Assembly: GCA_046563655.1 (NCBI GenBank)
Contig: CM102285.1
Span: forward strand, 4,960,001-5,024,000
Source of the DNA: Yuukianura sp. NJ FZ-2021
Lineage: Eukaryota
Length of the DNA: 64,000 nucleotides
Direction: 5' to 3'
The notes below the pieces were generated by a model that did no database searches, was not told where the DNA came from, and saw only the letters and a program-made list of their open reading frames with translations. The translations under genes and the position numbers were made by a program. This document shows, one piece after another, positions 38,227-52,561 of the stretch; within the stretch, counting starts at the first letter, position 1; every line of letters begins with the position of its first letter.

Positions 38227-40249
38227 TCATTCCTCTCCTGAGTCTTCTCCTTCATCTAGGTCATCAACATCGTCTACGTCGAAAAGATCCTCATCAATTG
38301 GGCCAGCGGTTCCTTCTTCTAACAATTTTAGTTTTTGTAAACGCTCTTCCGCAGCTTGTGTACCGGTACCATCCACATCCGTCGCCTCCTCGTCCCAGCC
38401 TTCAAAGCCAATTTCTTTGTACTAAAAAGAAAAATTCATTAACGGTGATTTGCCGTGTTAATGTTTGAAAACATATTTCAATTGTTGCTGTTTTAGCTTA
38501 CGTTCACATTATCTTCATTGTCTTCTGAAGGTAAGTTTCTTGTATCAAACGTGTCGTCTCCTTCCTCCAGTTCGTCTAACTCTGTTGCCATTGCTGGATT
38601 AAACGTAAACATTTCACGACCGGAAAGCTATAAGAGATATGCGCGAAAAATGTTGTAATACATTCATAATGATTAGGGAAATTCAATTGCAGTAAACAAT
38701 GTAAAAGTTAGACATGCTTTAGTAATTTACCCCAACTTGGCGCCCCGCCTTGTAATCAGCGCGTTTCTTTTCCTCATCTTTCTGTAGACTTTCTTTCTTC
38801 TCCACAATTTTTCGTTTTTTCCAGGCAATGAAGGACACAAGAGTAACTTTCGTTAAGTTCGACCCCAAGGCATTACGTTCCGTTTCAATTAAGTCTTCCA
38901 GTGATATTTCATCTTTTTTCTCCTTCACTTTGTCCTGCACATCAAATTCATTCACAGTTACTACAGTTTTAACGAAGCTAACCTTAACGTATTTAATATT
39001 TTGTTGAGAACAAATCCGGATCACCGGATCTTCAGCTTAACTGGAAAGTCAGACCGTAATCAAAACTCCTTCGTGCGACAATGTTGATGTTAGTCGATAC
39101 TTTTATACTAGCAATCTTTATAGAAATTTAAAGTAATCAATACCTTTTTCAGCACGAAGCCTGGTGGTAACGCATGACGATAGTGGCAATCCAGACCATT
39201 TGGACATTCCCAAAACCATCCATACTTTGACTTTTCCACAGCATCAAGAAAGAACTTGCAAATCTGTAACCAAAAAGTAGAACGCTATGAGTGTACGGTT
39301 ACTGGAAGAGAACAACTGAACCTCCATAATGTAATGTTTAATAGTGTAATTTGTGTAATGAGCTCGAGATAAAAATGATAAAACCGGCAGATAATTGAGC
39401 TCTTGTTCTTATTAGAAGTGGAGTTATCGTTTTTTGTAAGATATAAGATATCAGAAATTGTCAAGGTAGCACTAACAATATCAGTTTTAGGCTTGCTTCT
39501 GTCTGATTCACCATGCTTTTTCTCTACAACTTCCTTGAGCTTCGCTTCATCCCACTGGTCCATTGTGTCATTCTGGGTTTCATCGTCCCGCATGTCGCAA
39601 TAAATAGATCGCTTCTCAGCCTTTCTCTCGATGGTCAGATCGTGAGAGAATTTGCACTTGTCTCCCTTGGTGCACTGCCCTTGCTTGAAGAATGCGCATA
39701 GCACTGACTTAGGATCGGCACCTAATAAGTACAGAATATTTCTTGTTAAAGCAGATGCCACTTTATACTTACTTACTATAGTAAGTCTAAATGATTATAC
39801 GATAGGATTGGAAATGAAGCAGTTCTACAAAAAAAGAACGTTAAGCGAATCAAGCTAAAATATTTGCTGCTTTGGTCGGTACTTACCTTGCTCCACTTTT
39901 TGAGCTGGCGTGACGGGTTTGAAAATGGCATTGAACGATAATTCATCAGTTTCCTCTTTTTTCTTGTCTTTCGTCAATTCTAATTTACGCGCACTAATGT
40001 TTCCTCCGAATTTCACCTGCTTTTCGACTTGCTGAATGAACTTTTGTTGTTTTGCACCTTTCTTGTTCTTCAGTCCAAAAGTTTTGTCCTAAAAAAATAA
40101 GAGAAGAGACTTGAGTACTACGTTAACTCCTTAACTATTAATGTGAAGGAAGCGTAAACCAGTACACTTAAACTTACCTCTATAATCTTTTCCTTTTTCT
40201 TGGCCTCTGTCTTCTTGCTAGCTGCTGCTTTCTGCGCCTTCGGTGGCAT
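38227..40249 (-). CDS. ZC3H15: Zinc finger CCCH domain-containing protein 15 (DFRP1/Tma46)
   Basis: MPPK...[97 protein letters not shown] and [11 protein letters not shown]. Confidence 0.95.
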
Positions 40250-41975
40250 GTTTTTAAGCAATGTGAGGATGTGACTATTAGTTAATTTTCCGGAATCCCG
40301 ATTCCCGAGTAAAAGTATTACTTTGATGGCGAAAACTTCTTGGAATGTCGAAATACCAAATTGGAGACGAGCCTAGGAATCAGCGATACTCTTTTATACC
40401 TAAATAAGTGCCAATATAGACAGTTCAGCAAAAGTACTTACAACCGAAGTCGGCGAGAATCAAAGAAACACAGCGACACTAGCTTACAAAATTTAGCCCA
40501 ACGTCAACAATACGCGATTGACAAATAAAACGAAAAGTAAGTTCAGATTGGAAATGCAATGCAGAGCCCAGCTGTCCTGTTCCTTTTTTCATTTTTCTCT
40601 GAGGTTTAGTTAGGCCCGAATAAATCGCAAAGCCGAACCGGTTGCAGTAATGCGGACTTTACCCTGATGTATCCACCTAATCTATAGTACCACATTTCAA
40701 CCGTCTTCAGCCCAAGCAGGATACTACGATACATGCGTATACGAGGTATACATCGTAAATATCTTTTTAACAATGCAGCTATTGTTTGCTTTCAAACTAA
40801 GCAACTGGTGCGGGTTTCAAGGCTGTTTGACTTATAAAAAGGATCTTATGTTTGCGTAGTCAGACTTTAGTTGAGTAGTTAATAGTAAAAACTGATTACA
40901 ATGAAGCTTTCTGAGCTCCGTGAGTTGAACCGTGATTATATTCGCGGTGTCGTAAGAGTGACTAATCCTCAGAGTGTCATGCCTTACCAAACGTATGCCA
41001 AGTTTCCGAGGAATAGTCCACCCAACCAACACGGCGGTACAAATTCATGCAGGTAGCTTTTTGCAAATATTAAAAGACGAGTTAATTTTTCTTTTTCTCA
41101 ATTTATTAAGAAGATAACAATTTTCAACCACAGTTTTAGGATCTAGAAACTTGCAATACTATGTATATCGTTCTATCCGAAATGCTCCTATTTTTTGTTA
41201 CTGGATGCGGGTAGGGTACTAAAAAGACAATATACTATTTACGACATGTCCTGTCCTAGAAGAGTTAGCAACGAGTTACAAGGAACTAATCTCACCGAGT
41301 ACAATAGGTTTTATGGATGATTACCTAGCTTTAAAATATGTTGTTTTTTTATTATCTCATATTTTAGACATTATTTTTATTAACATTTTTTTAATTCCTT
41401 CCGAATTATAACATATTCGACGTGAAATTCGACGTTACGTCTGTTCCGACAATTACCAAGTTCTTACGCTCCTAATTGAAGCTCGGAATCTGAGGAATCA
41501 GAGTAATAGTTACTATTCCTAGTTTAGTCATAGGCTGCTATGCTGTATCAAGTGGTAAAGGATTTAGAGCATTCAGGACAAGATTTTGAATTGAAACACT
41601 GGACAGAGTCCACAGAAGAGCAGAAGCAGGAGTTTACCACATCGACGACTCTTGGCTTTCATATTCACTACATCAAACGTAGTTTCAGAAATCACAAGTC
41701 GAGAAATTGAAACGTCTGGATTCGGGGGTTGAATTGCTCTCACACGGTACGGTAAGCGTAGTGTTCGATGAAGCATGACAATATTGACAATGACATTCGG
41801 AATCATTTATCTCTATTGCGGATTAATCATAGACACCCAAAATTTGAAGAAAAAAATCGTCTCATAGCGTGTTTTCAAGTGTGGCTGCTTCCAGAAATAC
41901 TTACTCCTTCCTACGTATTATTGTTAACCAATTGAAATTGAAATAAATAATTCTCTCATTTTAGGCTTCTCAAGA

Positions 41976-43900
41976 ATGGACAGCGATCTAGACAATACTT
42001 TGAATTATGACGGGAATTCTGATATTATCTTCGAAGAAGATGGGGAGGATGGATCGGATTTGCGGTTGAATGCCGATGGTGATATTGACCATGACCATGG
42101 GGAGGATAATGATAATAATACCAACGACGAAAACTCGGTAAGGTTATCAGATGTTAGTTAAATCAGCTGTATGAACGATTTCGCATAAGAAAAGAAGTAC
42201 GACTGTTATAATCATATTCTCATCACACAGGAGGACCAAGAGCTGCAAAATATAAAAGCAAGAGTACGGGAGATGGAAGAAGAGGCTGAAAAATTGAAGC
42301 AACTCCAGTCCGAAGCAGAGCAGCAAATGAGCGTTGGGTTTGGATTATCTCCCACTGCTGGTATTAATATTTGTCTTATTTTTATTCAATTTTGACAGCG
42401 TCTATTTTACAATGCTACCAAGCATACCTATTTAGATTAGGCTAAATGCAAGTACTGTGTGCACCATTTTACCTAATTTATTTGTTAATTTCTATTTAGG
42501 AGGAACGATGTCACTGGAGGAAAAAATGGAAGTGGACTCAAGGTCTGTGTATGTTGGAAATGTAAGCCGACGCTCTGTTATTTATTCAAATACTTCAGGA
42601 CTTTCCATCTTTACGTTGTTTTTTCTCAGAACTATTTATCTCAGACTGCTTTAATTCTTTCAAAGGTTGATTACGGGGCTACAGCTGAAGAACTAGAAGC
42701 ACATTTTCATGGATCGGGGTCCATCAACCGGGTTACAATTCTATGCAACAAGTTTGACGGTCATCCCAAGGGTTATGCGTATGTAGAATTTGCTGACAAG
42801 GAGTCCGTGAACGCTTCACTTGCATTTGATGAGTCCTTATTTCGCGGACGTCTGATAAAGGTTAGTAGTTCAAAATTAAAACAATGGGTACAGTTGTCGC
42901 GTGCGCTGGTTCAACTGCATTGCATTACCATTTTGAACACTCCTTCATTATCATTATCAACCTAACATAGAGCTCATCTGCTCATCGCTTAACCTGGTCC
43001 ACAACGAAGGCAAGTTCATCGCTGTGTTCATTATCATGACAAATAGACAATAGACCGCTTTACATGATACTACTAATTCGCCTCTCTTAATGAGACTTTG
43101 ATCAGCAGCGATGGGTTTGGATTCTTCTGTGGAGTTATTATATTTGTTTGGTTATGAAATTTGTACATGTTGATTCGTAGGTCATGCCGAAGCGTACCAA
43201 CAGACCTGGATTATCTATCCGACCGCCAAGAGGAGGTCGTGGAGCCGGTGTATACCGTCCGCCATACAGAGGACGCGGGAGTTTTCGGGGAGGTTTCGGC
43301 AGATTTCCAAGGTAAAATAATTATTGTCGCCTACTATGCGCCTTTCTCTCAAGTTTCAGAATACTTTTTAAATCGTTGCGTAGCAAACATCGATCCGCAT
43401 AAAACGCTCTCCGTAAGAATCGGAGGGGAATTCCTTTGTAGCGATAGGAAATCTAAGCTAAAATATACACCTGATCACGTTTCCCAATTGGAGTTTGATG
43501 AAATACGACAAATCCTTGCAGCGTTTGTTTTAATTACGGCTGTGGCGCCGCCGGGCCCCCATCTCAAAGTGCGTGCCATGCCAGAATTACTCCGCAAAGT
43601 TGATTTCCGTTGTTCTTGTTTTATCTGTTTTCAAGTTTCAACCATTTGCTTCCATGATTGTGGTTCCGTTTTCTGAACGAATTAGTTAAACGTTTCGTAT
43701 TGAATGCGTGTCAACAAGAGATGATTTTTTGAACAAATAATAACTGAAGTTATTTATTATAAAACTGCCATTTTCGTACCCCAGCTTACTAAGCTGAGCT
43801 TAGTCTACCAGTTAATTGTCTGTTCTATTGAATTTAACAATACATTTTTATATTCAGGAGAGGCTATCGAGCTCGAGGATCCTTTTATTCTCCCTATTAG
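41976..43900 (+). CDS. PABPN1: Nuclear poly(A)-binding protein 1 (Pabp2)
   Basis: Exons 41976-42137, 42231-42360, 42500-42561, 42666-42860, 43181-43311 and 43858-43900. Motifs [53 protein letters not shown] and KRTNRPG; ends FYSPY*. Confidence 0.96.
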
Positions 43901-45904
43901 AGACATCAACGAAGGTAAGATCGACATCAACAAATGTCGCACACTTTAAATTTGATTAGCTTTAATATAGTATTCTCATCTACGTGTATGTCATACAGAT
44001 TAGATGAGAGAGAAAGAGGTCTGGCCACTGTGAGACAATTATTGTTCTGCTCAAATGACTTGAGTCACACAGTGCTGGCTGACTGAACCAATTTACCTGT
44101 GTCTTACGGCTGCTGTGATATGAATTTTGTGATATTTAATTTATCTTGTTACTCTCACTTATACAGGCATTACGGACGAGCGAGACTAAAAAAAGAGACA
44201 AAAGAATGACAAAAGAATGGAAAGAAAAAAATCAAAAAGAGGATGAAAAATAACTGAAAAAAAATATATGCCGAAAAAAAGAGAAGAAAAAAGTCGAATA
44301 TGGCGAGAAAAAAAAAGAAACAAAAAAATTAAAAAAGTCCGTTTAGATGTAAAAAATATAAAATGATTTTAAACTCTTATGTGTAGTATCTTACACTCTT
44401 TTAGGTTTAGGGGGAAATTGTTGCTGAAACTTTTTTGTTTATATTCTCCGTTTTGCTAACAGTTTTTATGATTTATTGCATTGTTGTAATTATAATTCCA
44501 TTAAATGCAAAATCAGAAATAAAGGGCGAGTATTGGAGTCTCGCTATTCACACGCTAGCCTCTATTTTATCTTTCATCCGATTCCGAATATTATCTTTCA
44601 ACTAATTATTTTACAAAAAAATTGCTCAAAGCTGCTATTTGCAAAAGCGAATTAAAAGACTAGTGTTTTTCGACGATTTATTCGCTTTTTTTTTTCCTAC
44701 GGGAGACAATTGAATTATTTCAAAATTTATGTTAAGAATTTTTGTTTTGCTGTTGGTTCTGACGAAACGCTTTTTTTAAAATATGTGGTCGAGGAATACG
44801 AATTTGACGGAATTGATATAAGTTTGAAGTAATTATTTTATTCCTTCAAAATAACGACATTAAACTAAATATAACTTTGAAACAACGATATTGTTTTCTA
44901 CGCTGCCAGAAGAGTTGATATGTGTGAGTAATCTTATTAGGCACAAAAGTTAGGATGACTCAAATTCAAGTAAGCAATCTTAACAATTTCTCACTTTAAA
45001 GACATTTTAACAGTTTTCATTGCTTACGATTGTTATTTCCAGCCATGAGATGCCTTAACCTTTTGGCAGTATTATCTTACTGAACAAGAGGAGCTACTAC
45101 TACATATATCAATTAGTTTGGATCTGGTTGAAATGACACTACAGCTACTAATTATGTTCAGATTAACAAGGTTTCCGTCTAACTATATAAAGACATTTTT
45201 TCACTACGCTAGCGCATTTACTACTGTTCATTCCATAAATGTTTTGATATGTATATTTACAGGTTCACACTTTTTTAAAAAGTACAACAGATTGTTTATA
45301 TTTGTAGTCTACGAGGTTGTGACCCACGTCGAACTACAGCTACACACTTACTGTTCCTTAATTTAAATGCTAGATCAACAATTGTGCTTATTTAGTTCAC
45401 CTTTTTGAAAGATATGTCGATAATCGTTAATATGTAACAATTGGCAACCACTTCTGATATGTTTCGTTACGTTTCGTCGGATTAGTGACGACAACGGACA
45501 GAGACTCAAGACCTCCAGTTGCTCATTGGCATTAGGGCTATAGTTATCGGTTAGTTTACCGCTACCAAACCATGTTTCAACGTAGTGGGTGGAGCCTAAG
45601 TGTTCCGCGTCTTTTAGACTTCACGGTACTGAAAGCTCCACCCCCAGATGAGGAAAAGTTTGGCCGCATCTATTAGTTATGTAGTATGTCAATAATATAA
45701 AGTGAGGCAGACGAAGGGAAAGATTTGAAGAGAGTATTCGAAAGTTAATGAATAATCTACGAGGTAAAAATCTAATACTAACTACTAGTTGTAATGAACA
45801 AGTGATAATGGTAAGGCTATTACAACAATACTACGAAGTAGCTAGGGATAGATTTTTTTTGAGAGAAACGCTGTAGAGAGTTGCATGGTGGAATGAGCAA
45901 ATAT

Positions 45905-46501
45905 AAAGAAGAAGGGCCAAAACCCTATCAAAAATCTGGTTGGTGGTAATCGAATGAAATTTTTACCAGTTGTTAAGATCAATATGGGCATCACATCTGC
46001 AAATTTTCAGCCCCCTAGAAAGAAAGGATCACTGGCCACGGGGGTCAAAGGTCACCATGTCATCCCATGACAACCCCATACAAATACCATATCATTGGAA
46101 AGGCCTTGATGTGCTGATTCAGGAAATGTATAAATGTTGCTATCTACGACGTAAAACAACACAGTTATGGCGACCTAAAGTATGAATCACGTGTTCCACC
46201 CGCGTTCCAATCGGTGACTGCGACACGCGACATGCTCTAACTCTGTTGCTTTACGTTGTAGATAGCTATATGTATACATTTTCTGAATCAGCACATCAAG
46301 GCCTTTCCAATGATATGCTATTTGTATGAGGTTGTCATGGGATGACATGGTGACCTTTGACCCCCCGTGGCCTGTGACCCTTTGTTTCTAGGGGGCTGAA
46401 AATTTGCAGATATGATTCCTATATTGATCTTAACAACTGGTAGAAATTTCATTCGATTACCACCAACCAGATTTTTGATAGGGTTTTGGCCCTTCTTCTT
46501 T
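45905..46501. mobile_element. MITE-like inverted-repeat element (~230-bp arms)
   Basis: AAAGAAGAAGGGCCAAAACCCTATCAAAAATCTGG... is mirrored by ...CCAGATTTTTGATAGGGTTTTGGCCCTTCTTCTTT. No TSD was seen, so the superfamily is unassigned. Confidence 0.8.
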
Positions 46502-48375
46502 CAGGAAAACGAGGATCAAAAGAAGAGGCTGAAAGTGCTTTCAGAAGTAAGTGAAAAGTTACGAATCGTAACTCACGATTAGTGAAAGCCACGCTTCAAT
46601 AAGTTTGACATTTTTTGAAGTTGGAAACCTACAGCAATTGCGGAATCAAAACAAAGTGAAACGCCTTTAGATTTTTTTCTGAATTCGGAATGTATGGAAG
46701 TTTGTTTGATCGCTTTTCTTTTTCATCTCTTCCCAATTAATTGTGAAAAAGGGAGAGCAGCTTTCAAATTAGACAGAGAGCTATGACGTCATAGATGCTC
46801 GATGGAAAAAAAACTTTGTATGTACTCTCCAACGGCATCATCAATCGCTTCTCTATGAGAATCAAGGCAAGCACATTCGTTAAAATTTACGCTGGGAGAG
46901 TTACATTTGTGCTTCACTTCAGATTGTGCGGGGCATAATAATAAAAGTTAAATTTTGACATTCTGTTATTCCGTTTCTTTGTTAAACAGGTTAAGAGCGA
47001 TCGCTGTCATGCAAAAAAGCACAATGTCTGAAATACGTTAGGATTCCGCGGGTACGAAGAATTAGTACGCTGCTGCTGTCCCGTTCTCACCAAAACTTTG
47101 TGTTTGTTTTTTGATTCCAAGTTTTTTGAGGATCATCAAAATTCTAAAAGGCTTTTTCCCGGAAACATGATAGCCCTCCAAACTTTCTCTCATTAATTTT
47201 CTGCTCATTCATAATATTTTCAGAGAAAATGTTTGTTTAGTAGTCGAAACTCATTGTTTTGTTGAGGGATCACGGAGATCGCGGGTTTCATAACCAATTC
47301 ATATACTTTTCCCGCCCTGTTGTAGTTTTTAAAGTTAAGAAAGCAAAATTAATGAAGTCGAAGAAAGAATAACAGTCCATGCCTCCATTTGGAACAGCAT
47401 TTTGGCTTTGTCTGTCTTTAAAAATAACTGACTTCAAGCACGTTGTGAGTAATTGTCTGCTTTTGTTCAAGTTTCGGTTGGGAAATAATGTTGAACTAAA
47501 ATTTGGAGAAAAACGTGGGATTAAATACATTAAGTCCATCGATCTATGCATACGCTAGTGAAAGTCATAAATCAAAAGTAACTTTGTAAGTACTAATAAG
47601 CAAGTGCTACATGATATGCATGATGGTAAGTGTATGTAGTACATAGTAAAGCAAACTTGTTTACGGGAAGCTAAAACTTTCCTCCATTGATCGGTGTCGT
47701 TCCTGCAACTATACCAATAAAAAATATTCTAAAGCCTGCTTTCACATTGGCGTCGGAATGTATAGTGTTAAGCGCAACAAATCCTTTAACTTTTTTAAGC
47801 GAAAAGGCCAACGCCGTTGAAAGTTTGAAGTTGGAAACTTTCAACTTAGATCGTGCACAAGATTTTCTAGTGAAACTTTGGATTAGCGTTTCAGAACTTT
47901 ACAAACTCTGTTCCTTCGTTCCTTTAGAATCTCAAGGCCCTGGGCTGCCAATGATCGTAAAGAAATAAACACATTAACATAAAATGTGATGGTATTGCGA
48001 GAAAGATGTCGCTTCAACTGGTTCCTGAATGCCATTGCATACTACTTTTCAAGTAATTAGCAAGATAACATAGACGAAAATGGAGGTTAAATGAGAAGAC
48101 AATACGACCTACCCGTAACCTGGCCTATGTCTAACATCGGTATTCCCACTTAAGTACATGCTCGGCTCTTGTGTTTCGATTACAATGACTTTCCACTGTG
48201 CCACGCAGCAATATGTGGAGTTAGTTAAACACTTAATGACCTTATCGGCGTTGTCTTAACCTCTGTTTTTCTTAACGCGATTTGCTATAAATTACGTTTC
48301 GATTTGGTACGGAAAGATAGTGTACATGGAATTGAAAGAAAGAGAGGTGATATGATATGTTTTCAGTTACAGTGG

Positions 48376-50579
<2,204 letters not shown>

Positions 50580-51119
50580 TTACGAACTATTAGCAACCCC
50601 CTGAAAGTTAAAATGGAAATGGAAAAGAAAGGATTCGGCAAGGTAACTAAACAAAATGACACACCGCATTACTAAGGTAGTCTCGCGAGCGGTTTTTTCA
50701 GTTGTTTTTGCGAAAGTATATAGTGGGGTGGATTGTTTGTTTTTAACTCTTCTGTGCAAACGTTTTCCTTTGGTTGGAGTAAAAAGTAAATTCAATCGCT
50801 GTAAGCACCCAGTGTAACCAGGATAAGTAACACATATGGTTAATTCAACCAACTTTAGCACGAATTTATCGCCTTGGGTACCACCCCACTATATACTCTC
50901 GGAATAAACAATTAAAAAACGGCTCGTGAGACTACCTTAGAAAGCGCGTATGCCTTTTTGTTTACTTGCCTTGGGATTCGGTTAGTTGAAAATGTAATTG
51001 AGTATATTTCATGCAAGGTTGCTATAGCAACGAAATACTTATGCTTTAAGTGTGTGTAGCTTCCTAATTTATGGGAGTTCCAAATTCCAATCCAAAAAAG
51101 ATAAAAAATTCCAAAATAT

Positions 51120-51768
51120 CGGCAGTTCCTGTGCTCAAAATTAGCAATGCTTAAACAAGAAGCAGAAGTAGCTGAGCAACCGCTTAAACTTCTCAGCAAT
51201 GTAAATTTGATTGCTGCCCGTAACGCTGGGCTAACACCTTGCTGATTCAAGCTCAATATCTGCTTGCTAATGTTGCTAACTGAAGTCAAAGTAGAGGGCG
51301 GGAAGTTGATTAGCATATATTTAAACTCCCCTTCAAACACAAAGGCGGCAGTTTCTGTGTTGAAAATTAGCAATGCTTAAACCAAAACGAGAAGTGGTTG
51401 AGCAACCGCTTCAACTTCTCAGCAATGTAAATTTAGTTGCTGCCCGTAGCGCTGGGCTAACATCTTGCTGATTTAAGCTCAATATCTGCTTGCTAATGTT
51501 GCTAACTGAAGTCAAAGTAGAGGGCGGGAAGTTGATTAGCATATATTTAAACTCCTCTTCAAACACAAAGGCGGCAGTTTCTGTGTTGAAAATTAGCAAT
51601 GCTTAAACCAAAACGAGAAGTAGTTGAGCAACCGCTTCAACTTCTCAGCAATGTAAATTTGCTTGCTGCCCGTAACGCTGGGCTAACATCTTACTGATTC
51701 AAGCTCAATATCAGCTTCCTAATGTTTCTAACTGAAGTCAGAGTAGAGGGCGGAAAGTTGATTAGCAT
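51120..51768. repeat. Tandem array of a 226-bp unit (~2.9 copies)
   Basis: AAAATTAGCAATGCTTAAAC recurs at 51137, 51363 and 51589. Confidence 0.9.
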
Positions 51769-52072
51769 CAAGGTTGCTATAGCAACGAAATACTTGTGCT
51801 TTAAAAAGATAAAGTATTTCTTTGTTTATCCACCTTGATTTCATGTTTGCAAGAAACTCAATCACTACTGGCGAAAGCTACGTTCTCGTTTCTAAAATTA
51901 AATTTGATAATCTAAATAAGATAAAATCTAATTTGTCTTCATTGACCTACTAATTAACTAATGTACCTACACATCTTTTTTTAACTTAAACTCAAGTGTA
52001 CTGGCCTGCATGCAGGGTACTTGAAGTGAAATAAATACAAATACAAATAAAATTTAACTCTTCTGAGATTTT

Positions 52073-52561
52073 TGTGAGGTCAGGATACCGTGGTTAGCCC
52101 ACGGAACCCTGTCCTCACTACCCACATAGATTTGGCACACTGACTCAAGGTTTTGCACACGAGCCTATGTTGGCCGAGTGAGAGGAGCTACTTTTGGGTT
52201 TGGCAGCTTCCTCTCATGGTCACATTCCTGACCATGAGAGAAAGCTTAAGTAGCAGAGGAGTGCGGGAGAGCGGAGTAGTAGTAGCTTGGGAGACAGTAG
52301 ATTGGGAGAGAGTCAAGCAGGAGAGTAGCCGAGAGTCAGTAGGTCTCCTCTCCAGATCTTCCACCATGATGGAGGAGCTGGAGAGTGGACGAGTCCTGGT
52401 ATCCAACACCGAGGTCCAGAGGGACCCTTAGGGCGAACAGCGCAATAAACTCATCGTCGCACGCATTCCAGGGTCACGTCTTTCACCTTCTTTGAGTCAC
52501 TGCCGAGGTTACGGGAGGGTTGCTACACTGGACCAAGGTGGGTCCGGTTGGCACCCTTTCA
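52073..52561 (+). repeat. 5' LTR
   Basis: Direct repeat of 58654-59142, identical on reading; AATAAA at ~52444. Confidence 0.95.

Noticed and set aside
39350..39475. H/ACA-like layout in a ZC3H15 intron
   Set aside because: H and ACA motifs are present but the hairpins pair poorly.
40901..41056. 51-codon ORF MKLSELRELNRD... between ZC3H15 and PABPN1
   Set aside because: No recognisable domain, and the nearest downstream acceptors lead to immediate stops.
52153..52431. ORFs within the LTRs (also 58734-59012) and within MITEs and tandem repeats
   Set aside because: Low-complexity or repeat-derived reading frames with no protein signature.
52370..52445. Possible retrozyme hammerhead in the LTR
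   Set aside because: No CTGANGA...GAAA core is present.
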